A stretch of 58,510 bases of DNA, the filler included, from Streblomastix strix (Eukaryota): NCBI GenBank assembly GCA_008636045.1. It is 2 parts of 2 records of this genome, joined end to end, with 100 filler letters (N's around TTAATTAATTAA, not from the genome) between each part and the next. Parts side by side here need not be neighbours in the genome. Positions count along the whole stretch, not along the records: positions 1 to 29,231 come from SNRW01000105.1; 1 more part is not named here. One strand, given 5' to 3'. The translations under genes were made by a program, and so were the position numbers. Under the pieces are notes generated by a model that had not been told where the DNA came from, did not search any database, and saw only the letters and a program-made list of their open reading frames with translations. The stretch's first letter is position 1. The number at the start of each line of letters is the position of its first letter. Positions 11,791 through 24,100 of this stretch are shown piece by piece.

Positions 11791-14484
11791 TCCCATTCCC
11801 GTTTCTGGTTGAGATTGTAGTACTTCCTCCATTGGGGCCCTAGGAAAGATTTCTAGAGTATGAATCTCCTCCTTTGTTCTATTCTGAATTCCCATAAGTT
11901 GGAACCATCCGGGGGCTCGCACCTGGCCGTCAGCGCTGCTAGTCTTCATTCTAGTTCTTGTTCGCGACAACAGAAGTATTTGTGCTTGTGGGTTTACTTC
12001 CGACAGGTGCTCTTCCTCCTTTATTTTCCACTTTAGGTTCACAAACAGGATTTCATTGGAGTTATGTAGAAGGTGCTGTCTAAATATTCATTGGTTTTGT
12101 TCCAGCAACACCTACATAGCCCGAAGCTAAGCTGTCTGTAGAAGACGCTGCCCTTCTTACACTTCCATTTGTTGAAAAGGTCTCTCCGGGTGCATGAAAT
12201 ACCTATGCTGCCTCTCCTGCAATCTATTGATGTTACATTCCTTTCGGAACTGAGAATGGATTTGAAATTATTTCCATAAGATCAACATTCAAAATTGTGC
12301 TTTAATTCTAGTTGGGGTAAGGTGTTGTCTAACTCTGTGGAGTTGTTTGTGTTAGAGATACTATCCTTTGCCTTCTACTGGTGGGATGTCTCGATCTCAT
12401 TTTTGTGCTTGACTGGTCTGGGGTCCTCCCTGGCGGTGCCGGATAGTTCATCTAACTAAACAATAGTCCAAGGTGACTGTCCAACACCTAATTATTGTAG
12501 TACCATTATGTTTATCCTTAGTAGTTTCTTTGCTTTTTCTAACTCCTCTAATGTTTCCTATACTTGTATTTCTTGTTGTTTTTACCCAGTAGTCTACTCT
12601 CTAATAGTTACGACTCATTTATAAAATCTTCTTGAAATTGATCTTGTAATTCACCTAATCCACTTCCAAAATCCCATTCCTTGTCAATAAGAATTGCGTT
12701 TTTATTCCATTGAGTTATCTTCTTTTATATTTGGGTTTCATAGAAGGATGTTAATCTCATTTATAGTCCAAACCCTCTTTTCACTCTCTATTATTCCTTG
12801 AGTGATAATCTGTTTAGTATTTGCATTCGCATTCTCATAGCCTCATCTTCATTCGAGTGGCCTTAGAGTTTATTCATCATATTCTCCATCATGTTTTGGA
12901 ATTTATCATCTTATTCCATCTTGTTTATGTATTACAATTGTTCTCCTGTGTATACTTTAATTTTGACTTATCTTTTTGGGTCTTCTGAAAGACGTGGTAG
13001 GTGGTTAACAGCTTATTCTATTGGGATGTATTTATTCTATTATGTTTTCTCTTAATTCTTCCTCCAATTTCTCTATGTATGCTATTTCCTCTTCTCTTTA
13101 GCCCGAGAACGGACAAATTTTCAGCTTCTCTTACAACCTCTTTTCGCTATCCTCGTTTTTGAACAGTAGGAAAAACCATCTTTGTATGAATCCCACTCCC
13201 TTTACCAATTTCCAAGTGTCCTGATAACGAATTGTTTTTCTTCCCATTCCCGTTTCTGGTTGAGATTGTAGTACTTCCTCCATTGGGGCCCTAGGAAAGA
13301 TTTCTAGAGTATGAATCTCCTCCTTTGTTCTATTCTGAATTCCCATAAGTTGGAACCATCCGGGGGCTCGCACCTGGCCGTCAGCGCTGCTAGTCTTCAT
13401 TCTAGTTCTTGTTCGCGACAACAGAAGTATTTGTGCTTGTGGGTTTACTTCCGACAGGTGCTCTTCCTCCTTTATTTTCCACTTTAGGTTCACAAACAGG
13501 ATTTCATTGGAGTTATGTAGAAGGTGCTGTCTAAATATTCATTGGTTTTGTTCCAGCAACACCTACATAGCCCGAAGCTAAGCTGTCTGTAGAAGACGCT
13601 GCCCTTCTTACACTTCCATTTGTTGAAAAGGTCTCTCCGGGTGCATGAAATACCTATGCTGCCTCTCCTGCAATCTATTGATGTTACATTCCTTTCGGAA
13701 CTGAGAATGGATTTGAAATTATTTCCATAAGATCAACATTCAAAATTGTGCTTTAATTCTAGTTGGGGTAAGGTGTTGTCTAACTCTGTGGAGTTGTTTG
13801 TGTTAGAGATACTATCCTTTGCCTTCTACTGGTGGGATGTCTCGATCTCATTTTTGTGCTTGACTGGTCTGGGGTCCTCCCTGGCGGTGCCGGATAGTTC
13901 ATCTAACTAAACAATAGTCCAAGGTGACTGTCCAACACCTAATTATTGTAGTACCATTATGTTTATCCTTAGTAGTTTCTTTGCTTTTTCTAACTCCTCT
14001 AATGTTTCCTATACTTGTATTTCTTGTTGTTTTTACCCAGTAGTCTACTCTCTAATAGTTACGACTCATTTATAAAATCTTCTTGAAATTGATCTTGTAA
14101 TTCACCTAATCCACTTCCAAAATCCCATTCCTTGTCAATAAGAATTGCGTTTTTATTCCATTGAGTTATCTTCTTTTATATTTGGGTTTCATAGAAGGAT
14201 GTTAATCTCATTTATAGTCCAAACCCTCTTTTCACTCTCTATTATTCCTTGAGTGATAATCTGTTTAGTATTTGCATTCGCATTCTCATAGCCTCATCTT
14301 CATTCGAGTGGCCTTAGAGTTTATTCATCATATTCTCCATCATGTTTTGGAATTTATCATCTTATTCCATCTTGTTTATGTATTACAATTGTTCTCCTGT
14401 GTATACTTTAATTTTGACTTATCTTTTTGGGTCTTCTGAAAGACGTGGTAGGTGGTTAACAGCTTATTCTATTGGGATGTATTT
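11573..14484. repeat. Direct tandem duplication of 1451 bp (11573-13023 and 13024-14474)
   Basis: Identical 120-aa ORFs at 11680 and 13131 (offset 1451); GGATGTATTT occurs at 11573, 13024 and 14475. Confidence 0.97.
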
Positions 14485-17097
14485 GGATTATTAAACACCC
14501 TTGATGAATTGATGGTTAGGGTCTATAACGAATAAAGACTATTTCTGACTTGGTTATTAATTTTATTTAATTTATATTAATTATGATGATGATGGCGATA
14601 GTGATAAGCATAGCTATTGTTATTATTCTTTTAGAGATCCAGTCTCAGATAATGATGTTTGGTGAGTTAGATTAAGCAATCCTGGGAAACCTTCGACAGG
14701 TTATAATGGATTTTGTTCTGCCATATTATTAAAATCATCGTTTTTTCCTGTTTGTTGATGTTATAAATTATTAGGTGCTTCTGTTTAAGGTGCATGAATT
14801 GCGCCTGTTTGGGTAGGTTATTCAGTTTCGTTATTTATCTTTCCTTATTCATTCCTTGGGATGTCCACTATTTATTGCTGAGTATTCTACTCCAAATCTA
14901 TAACATCTATCTATTATCTCTATTCATTTTATATATTATTAACTGTGACATGCTGCTATTGGATTTATATTTCTTTATTAACTTCATGAAGTTAATTTAT
15001 CTATTATTGGATTTGTATGTTCACTTATTACTTCAGTTATTCTTAATTATTCTATGTTACGAGTAATTGTTGGGCTGTTCGAAAGGTCGCGATTGGTATA
15101 CGTCTTTCTTGATTGATTGATTCTGCACTTGTCTAAGAAACAGTGCTTTCTTCTTCAAGGTTTGGAGAGATATTGTTCGCTACGTGAAAAAGTTCTTCTT
15201 GAGCTGCTCGGAGACCTAGCATATAAACTGGAACCCCTGTAACTGTTTGCACTGGAGGTAAGGCTTATTCTCGTCTATCGTGTCGTATCCTAAATTATTT
15301 CAGTTGTTGTCTTTCGATCTCGCGGTGTAGACCTTCAGCCCAATCATCATTATTCTATCCATTTCCTGAACCTTCACTTGAAATTACTCTTCTTCTTTTC
15401 CTTCCTTTCCCCAAATCTAATTAATCATCTCTATCCTCTCGGTCTCTTTCATGTCTATGATTACAGTCGTGATCATGATCATGATCATGATCATGGTGAT
15501 AGTGATAGTTATCATCTTCATCTAAGTCCATTCGTACAGTATCTAGGTATAGGTCTGTATCCACATCTCTTCAGAATGATTTCCATTTGCTAATTGTTAA
15601 ATATTCCTGTCTGTCATGTCTTTAGATGAAAGCACTCACATTCAGGAGACCTTCTCCAAATCCTCTATGGTGTTCTCTACTAGCTTTCAAACCTATGTAT
15701 CTTAATGCGTAACTTCTTTATGCCCAGAAATCTCTATGCGTATTAAATTGTTATTAAGTCATATTTATTGTTAATTTTGGAGGGTCTATTGGAGTGAACT
15801 GGCTCTGATCTGCTCTCTGTGAATTCTTTCTGTTCCATAATGGCTATTAGTCTTATGAACTTCTCCTTGACAGGGCTGTTCCATGTGAATCTATTAATCT
15901 TCCATTCACGTATCTAGGTTCTTAAACCGGATTTTGTTGTTGTATGAGTGTTGGTGGTCTAATTGTTAGTAGCTGATTATATTATTAATTCAGTTACTCG
16001 GGATTCTAGCTCTGGAAGCTTGATTAAATGGTTGGATGGTCTGCTGAGCTTGGTGCTGGTGGAGTTAATAAGTTAGATTATTGCGTTTATTATACTCCAA
16101 ATGTCGGTGAACTCTACAGGAACTACGGTAAGCCTTCCGTAATGCTTGACTGTCTATATAATTAAATACTATAGCCTGAAGTAGGTTGGGCATGTTGGAA
16201 AAGGCCTGGTTACGGAAAACCTTAAAATTATTGTATTCCTTGGTACATGCCAAACCCCCGGAATGGCTATTATACCTATGGTTTTAGTATATGCTGTCCT
16301 GAATAAAATTGCTATACGATCTAGGTTGGTGTAAACGTCACCAGCTGTGGAATCTATTGCCATGGTACCATCGCAGTTGCGGAGTGTTGGCCTGCTTGCG
16401 GGTTAACTAGGTCCTGACTTCCCTGTCCTTATATCAGTCTCAACACATGCAATGGTTGAATTGCGTGTGACATGAATCCGCTATTGCCCAGATCGAATTA
16501 TTAGGCCACTTAAGCGCCTTCCTTCATCTGTATCCGGATGTAAGTTGACCTTTCTGCGAAGCGCAGTAGTGCAACACACATGCATACTAGGTCAATCAAT
16601 GTCTCTTTCGTGTTCCCTTCCAGTACATGTTGAATCGAAAGTATCGTAAGCTTGTACAGCATCAGGATTTGAAATAACAAATTCTGAATGTATCCATCCA
16701 CGCGGCTGTTCGCGGCTTTGTTCAAGACTTGGTGCGATGGTACCTCTGCGTGTCTTGTTACCTCTGGTGCATGCAAAGTTCGCGCCTTGTAGTCCCGTAT
16801 CTGCATTTGTGCGATTGGATTCGCCCAAAAATTTATTGCGAACGCGTTCCGCCCTGTTAGCAGTTCCATGAACCTCATGATGAAAAATTATATCTCCTGC
16901 ATCGGTAACGTCTTCAGGGCAGGTCCAGTGTCGGCATCTGTCACTGCAATCTCGCGGTCGCTCGCAAATACGTTGGTATCGCTCCCGTTCGCGTTCCTGT
17001 CGTCCATAAGCGGTTAGCTCGGTGTCATATTGAGATCAGCTCCATCTCGGAGGTGTGTGAACAATGCCTGTGCATTTTAACCACTTGCTAGCGTCAT
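11790..17097 (-). pseudogene. DIRS gag-like ORF (Q/P/R-rich), disrupted by a frameshift near 16445, an in-frame TGA at 15571-15573 and the internal duplication
   Basis: Frame from ATG 17097 (MTLASGQNAQALFTHLRDG...) includes ORF-track peptide 16510..16878 and continues as a Q-rich frame through 16400-14500 toward the RT. Confidence 0.65.
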
Positions 17098-17116
17098 GGT
17101 TCGCTTTCTTATTTTT

Positions 17117-17178
17117 CAAATGGCCGACCCATAGGGATGGGCAGCTCAACGGAGCACCCAGTCCCAGTGGCCCATTTG
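17117..17178 (-). other. Long imperfect GC-rich stem-loop in the DIRS 5' leader
   Basis: Nested pairs on + strand: CAAATGG/CCATTTG, CCA/TGG, GGGA/TCCC, TGGG/CCCA, GCTC/GAGC around an AACG loop; 20 nt upstream of the gag ATG. Confidence 0.6.
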
Positions 17179-17351
17179 GCAATCTCAAAATAAAGGGGTG
17201 GAGCAAGAGTCTCCGAAGGAGACGTAAAACAATACTCTCTTTTAGGAGATGATTAACAAGTAAAGAAATTTTTAGTTATATTTTGATTTTATATAATAAA
17301 ATTAAAAATAGGATCATCAGTTATATTAAACTCTTTATTGTATACAGTTTT

Positions 17352-17435
17352 AAAAATAGTGTTATTAATATGAATCACAAAAATAGTGTTATTAATATGA
17401 GTTTCTAAAAAAGTGTTAATAATATGAAATACAAA
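17352..17435. repeat. Three degenerate tandem copies of a 27-bp unit AAAAATAGTGTTATTAATATGAATCAC
   Basis: Direct reading of the sequence. Confidence 0.75.
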
Positions 17436-17575
17436 AATTATACCATAAATCTACTCTCAAATAATTATACAATAAAATAATAAAATAAACTAGTGGTCAC
17501 GGAGTATAATATAGTGTATCAGCTGTTATTTCTATTTTACATAGTGTTTGTATAGTGAATTATTTTAGATCTAAA

Positions 17576-20528
17576 TCATGTCTTTAATTCAGGGTCCAAA
17601 GGAAACTGATATTGTGGTAATTTCTTTACAGATTGGCTATTCACTCTAATTAATCTTCTAGGTGGCTTAATTTCAACAGATTAATTAACTTGAGTATTCA
17701 AGTTTATTCCATTTTCACCTGGTCTGGAATATAAACTTTTGTAATTTTCGAAATAAGAAGAAGGAGAAGAAGTTGATGGGGAAAATTATTATGATTAACT
17801 TGTTTGATCGGGTAATTGATTAGTTCTTATTTGTATCTTGTTTGATGATGGCTCAGTTATTGAATCTAAATCAGAAAATTATTGTTCGTACGGGGTTGAG
17901 AATTGTTCAAATGGAGATAGGATTGAGTTTTATGGAACCATGATTGATGGAGTTGCTGATGGTGCTTCTAATTGTATAGAAGATGTTTATTTATTTGGAG
18001 TCTATAACATTTCATTTGATTATTATTTTGATGAAGAAGAACTTCCTTATTAATATTCATTTTTTTCAGCAATTTTCTTTGGTTTCATTTGATACTGTAT
18101 GAAGAAATAGATGATTGCAATTGATGATCCAACAATAACAAGCGTGACAAGAACAACAATAAAAGTACCCCACCATGCAAACTTTGAATCTTATTCAGGT
18201 TCAGAGGGTGAATCTAATTTTTCTTCTGGAGAAATATCTATATCTTCAGATTTTTGTGGTTAAATATCAATATCACATTGATCCTTAGTATATGAATTAT
18301 CATTATTCAATGGACAAGCACAGTTATTTGGATGATTATCAGATGTGCATTTGCATCCTAATAGTGGTGTTATATCTGAATCGCATTGAGTTAATAATGC
18401 ATATTACTTCTCAGATGCGCACTATGTCAATGTATAGGATGTATCCAAATCATCATGTGGACATTAACAATGTTCCGGATAATTACCAACAGAGCATTTG
18501 CATCTATTTGGAGATGGAGTACTTTAAGAACAAACAGGTAGTTTATCATATTCACATTAGGTCTTTGTATATTCATCATCATCATTCAATGGGCAAGTGC
18601 AATCAGTTGATTCTGTTGGATGATTGTCATGCGAGCATTTGCATTCTAATATTGGCGTATTATCTGAATTACATACAGGCAATAGCTCATATTACTTCTC
18701 AGATGTGCATTTTGTTAATGTATAGGACGTATCTTCATTATTTAGTGGGCACTTGCAGTAACTTGGATAATTACCAGAAGAGCATTTGCATCCTCCACTA
18801 GGTTCTGAATCTCCAGAACAAACAGGTAGTTTATCAAATTAGCATTATTCTTCAGAATAATTAGAATCGTCATATGGACAAGTGCAATCAGTTGGTATAG
18901 TTGGATGTTTATCGGTTGTGCATTTACATCCTTCTGTTGGTGTTGTATCAGAATCACATGGAGATAGTTTATCATACTCACATTCTGTTTTGGTGTATGA
19001 TGCATCATCATCATTCAATGGGCAAGTGCAATCATTTGGCTCTGTTGGATGATAGTCATGTGAGCATTTGCATCCTAATAGTGGTGTTATATCTGAATCG
19101 CATTGAGTTAATAATGCATATTACTTCTCAGATGCACACTATGTCAATGTATAGGATGTATCCAAATCATCATGTGGACATAAACAATGATCTGGATAAT
19201 TACCAACAGAGCATTTGCATCTATTTGGAGATGGAGTACTTTAAGAACAAACAGGTAGTTTATCATATTCACATTAGGTCTTTGTATATTCATCATCATC
19301 ATTCAATGGGCAAGTGCAATCAGTTGATTCTGTTGGATGATTGTCATGCGAGCATTTGCATTCTAATATTGGCGTATTATCTGAATTACATACAGGCAAT
19401 AGCTCATATTACTTCTCAGATGTGCATTTTGTTAATGTATAGGACGTATCTTCATTATTTAGTGGGCACTTGCAGTAACTTGGATAATTACCAGAAGAGC
19501 ATTTGCATCCTCCACTAGGTTCTGAATCTCCAGAACAAACAGGTAGTTTATCAAATTAGCATTATTCTTCAGAATAATTAGAATCGTCATATGGACAAGT
19601 GCAATCAGTTGGTATAGTTGGATGATTGTTACCTGTGCATTTACATCCTTCTGATGGTGTTGTATTAGAATCACAAGGAAATAGTTTATTAATTAGGCAG
19701 TACTCTTCAGGATAAGTTGATTCATCAGTTCCGGTACAGCTGCATGAAGGATCATCATGCTCATCAAATGTGCATATTCCTTTGTCTTATAAGCATTATT
19801 GCAGAGTATATGTTATTGTATCTATCCCAATACAGCTGCAATAATCTGGATGACCTTATGCTGTACATATGCACCCTTCGTAATCACCCCCTAACTCATA
19901 TTATGAATCCCAACAATATCCTGAAATAGTTTGTAGGTTTATATACAACAGAATCACTCCTTAAGGCAAATAGGAAATCTATATTTTAGATTGTAAGTGA
20001 GCCTATTCGAAGATCGATTGTATTTGTAGTTGAAGAACCTGTGCCAGATTTCCAAATGGTTTGCGATTATCCGCTGACCGTACCCTATAAAAATCAAACA
20101 GAAATATTAAATAAATAAGAATTAACATTAAAAATGAAAATAATTAAATAATAAACCTTTATGAGAATTGTAGAAATTTGGTTTATCAATAAGTTTTCTG
20201 TATGTTCAGAATCTATCAGAGTGATATCATATCCATCTGTGCATGTTTCTTAAAGAGCAAGAGCAACTGTAGTATAATCTCCACTAGTTCCTATTCTTTA
20301 TATACAAGGATCATTTGAGAACTTCCTAGGTAACTATTGAGCGTTTTTCGGTTCCATAAAATAATTTACGGGTTTAGTACGCTATTCAATTTGACTTGAA
20401 GTACGATCAATTTCAATGATTTGAGATGACGCACAAACAGTAGTGTTTCCATGGACGGCAGGGTGTGGTTTTCTAAATCCAAATGGAAAACCAAAGGACA
20501 GTGACACAAGCGCAAGGATGATAATCAT
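17576..20528 (-). CDS. Cysteine-rich repeat type-I membrane (surface) protein; frame break near 19925
   Basis: Signal-peptide-like MIIILALVSLSFG; intron 20085-20156; array of about 40-aa six-Cys repeats (LPVC..GCKCS....P..C.CP......YT...C); TM helix WWGTFIVVLVTLVIVGSSIAIIYFFI; S/P/Q-rich tail; TGA at 17576-17578. Confidence 0.8.
18295..19690. repeat. In-frame higher-order tandem duplication, 717-bp (239-codon) period, within the Cys-rich array
   Basis: GCATTTGCATCCTAATAGTGG at 18347 and 19064; ORF-track ends 18801 and 19518 differ by 717. Confidence 0.93.
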
Positions 20529-21161
20529 GAGTGGTGATCTGGAATGTTGAAATTAAAATAGCAATAACAATACATTAAAATTAATACATAAAGATATATA
20601 ATTAGTTCAGAATTTACGATTATTCGGGAAAAATTAAAATAAACGATGTATAATTTGTAAAAAAATAATTTTGATAAGAAAAATAAAAGAAAGATGTGTA
20701 AATAAATAGATATATGTATTTGAAAAGGTTTCCGAATTGTTTTTCGTGCTTTTAAATTTGTTTGATCGTCATTTGTTAGATTACTTATCAATCAAACAAT
20801 TTAAAAGTTTGAAAATTATAATAACTTTAACAAATTCATTTTGTATATATTATTATATTCAAACAAACATTATGCAACTGACTGATAGTGAGAAATCAAA
20901 TATATATTCCCACTGCGTCTTACATTTTTTATTAAAAAATTCAATAATCAAATCAATTCTAATCTATAAATTATTCTTTTTTTAAAAAATTATTTAATAC
21001 CAAATTTTAAATATCAAAATAACAAAAAATAAGAATAAAATTTCCTTATTAAATTTTGTATCCATTTATTAAGTAAAAATTAAATAATATTTTGTAAAAT
21101 TATAAAAAATAACTTGAAGTGAGCAAATTGAAATGTGAATAAACACTTATTATTCTTTATT

Positions 21162-24100
21162 TCAATCAAGCATTGCCAATATTTCACTTTATCTATTAAA
21201 CTTTGGCATTTTATATGTATGACTATGTAATTTATTTAATATTAATAAATACATATAACGTAGAAAGAAAGTATGTATTAAAAGCCAAATAAATATCTAA
21301 TAATAAATACCTTAAACCATAAGCTTTACGAATATCTTCAAGTAAATTCACAATAACTTCTTAATTTCCTTCCATAATCTCTTTCTCTTTTGTCAAATAA
21401 TGTAGTGGCATAGCCTGAATTAAAATGAATAAATAAATATAAGAATAAATATTTTATTAGGATATTAATCATAACTTAATATTATTTAAATTAGTATATT
21501 AATTATAATTAATAATATGATAAATAAAACTAATGCAAACTTTCCTTTGTGTAACTATTTCAAGAGCTTTTCTGATATTATGCTGATATTAAGCAGTTGA
21601 TTTCGGCTCCCAAGAAACGCCTTGCAATTTAATATGGTCAAGCTACTCAATAATCCTGCAGAGAACGGTGCCATCTGTGAGCTGCATTATTAAATTAAAA
21701 TAAAGTTAATAATAAATAATATAATGATATTTATATATTAAACATCTAAATATATATGTAATATTATAATTACTATTTATTGTTATATATTTATACTTCA
21801 TAAATAATTGGAGAGTCGAGTGAAAAAGGAGAAGACAATCGGATTCCAAGTGATTCAAGCCATTTAGCCAGAAGATATGGCGGTTTTGGAGCCTGAATAG
21901 TAATAGTAATATTAATATTAAAATACAAAATATGAAGTAAAAAAAAAAATTATAATATACAACTAAAAACAATATATTACAAACAAAATAAACTAAAATA
22001 TCATCACAAACCAAATCCAACGCCATCATATACGCTTTTTATTTCGTCTTGGATGCTTTCAAAGCCTGCTAAACCTCAGTTTATTATCCGAGTTCTTCTT
22101 CCTCTGCAATTTCTCCATTTGGAAGGAAATTCTGCTTCTTCATCGCGTGCGGAGGCAAAGGTAGTTAGTGTTCCAATGGATCAGGATACACTTCGAAGTC
22201 TTCATCGTTGATCCTTCTTTTGACTGACCCGTGTCTTATATTCATATTCATTGTTGGTTTGGGGCCTACAGTGATACTTGGTTGTGCTATTCCGCCTTAG
22301 AAAATGCTTTATTTCTAGCCAATTGGATTCTTGTTCCATATACTCGACGCTCCATACATAGACGGAGCATTCAGCTCAGATGGAACTATGCTGATCCTTG
22401 AGCGGGATTTGTTCATTGTTTTCCCTAATCCAGTTTATGCCATACTAAATGAGAAAATAGACCGAATTTCATCGTGAACAGCTTTTTTTGATCTGTGACC
22501 AAGCTTCCCTAAATTTCCTCCATATTTCTAAGAAACTTGAGATTGCCCAGATATGCTCTTCCTCCCAGTAACTGACCCATTATCATTCATTATTTAGCCA
22601 GACACCGATTTCTGATTTCCAGTTCTCCTGGTTACAACAGAACCATTCCCATTAATAACAGTCGATAGATCACCGTCTCCTAAGTCAGCAACTTGTGTGG
22701 GTTAACATCCAGTAAAAACATCTGGCGTTAGAAAACCAGGTCTTTTCTCCTTTGATACGGATATAGCTGATAGTAGCGATGATGACATTGAGTCAAAGGA
22801 ATCAAGTTCGTCGTGATCTCTGTTTTGAACTTGGCCACTCAATAACGACTGCGCATATGCCATTGATGCTGAAGATGACATTCTGTTCAGGCCGTGAGTT
22901 TGATTTATTGATCCTGATCGGTTGGTGGTCATTTACCCCTGACGTGACGTGGGGGGTTTTCCAGCTTGTGCTAGTACTAATTATGACAATGATTGTCTGT
23001 TCGTTTTATTCGCATCTAAGAAAGTCTACTATTTATCTGATTATTATTACTGCAATTTCCCACTTTTCGTAATAAGTCCCATAGCAGCTTTCTTAAACCC
23101 ACCTTTAAATAGGCCTTTTCTCTTCATTTCGCGGATCTCTTTTAAAACTCTCTGTCTTTCATTCTCCTTCTTCTGTTTCTCCTCAATTTCAGATAATCTC
23201 AGCTTTTCAGCATCTTCTTCTTTCTTGTCAACATCTTTGAACTCTTTAATTTCATCTATTACTCCTTATGCAGATGTGGGTATTATATACTACTTCTAAA
23301 GCGGTTTCACACCTTGATAGCATCTGTACATATCGTCCAACACACACAGGATAGCATTTCTATCTCCAAATAAGATGTGGTCACCGCACCACAAATTCCT
23401 GTTCGCTAAATTCGGGCAGTTTCGGAGCAGATCGAGCGCCTTTTCAATGTTCCTCCTGGCAATAGCAGGCGTCTTTGGGTCAACAGTCATCCCAACTATT
23501 CTCTATTTGCTCAACATCGATGCCAAATCACACAGTAGAACACCACTCCTGAAATTGGGTATCAACTCGTCAATACATGAAGGGATCGGGCCTGAAACAA
23601 TCCCTAGAGAAACAATCCACCCCAGAAGTGCACCTTCCATCTCATAATTGATCTCAGGTTTATAAGGCATAGAATGGTACGGAGGTGGTGCAGGTGGCAA
23701 TGGGATGTTCCCTCTGTTACCGAACATCGACATCCCTTGTTACTATTCTGCTTATGAAGTTGTGAGTTGTATCCCAATACCTGACGTGGATCCGTGTGCT
23801 GATGTCTGATCTGTGGATTCGCGGTTGTGCCAGAATTGGTATTGCGGGTTTGAGCTGAACTTCTCTGATACTGTTTAATAGTATTACTTCTGCCCAGGTG
23901 ATTGCGTTGGGAAAGGCTGGATATTCGGTTTGTCGTATTCAAATTATGTTCCGCTGTATTTGGCAATAGCTTATCCAGTCGCTGGATATCTCTTTGCTTC
24001 TCTAATTCGCTTCAACTATTCAAAATCAGCCTCGTTTTTCCCACCAGAATCAGACAAACTGACCAAATCCTGCTCATACTTCCTCTTAATATCCAAATAT

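Larger units (their letters stand above)
9413..17260 (-). mobile_element. DIRS-like tyrosine-recombinase retrotransposon, decayed and 3'-truncated
   Basis: Order on minus strand: 5' leader, long Q-rich gag-like ORF, RT, RNase H, adenine-methyltransferase-like domain, N-terminal part of a tyrosine recombinase. GC is visibly higher than the flanks. Confidence 0.88.

Noticed and set aside
16065..17260. A separate nested element in the GC-richer 16-17 kb segment
   Set aside because: A Q-rich reading frame runs continuously across 16400-15600, so it is the 5' part of the same gag-like ORF.
18292..19929. His/Met/Tyr-rich plus-strand ORFs in the track
   Set aside because: Antisense shadows of the minus-strand Cys-rich gene.
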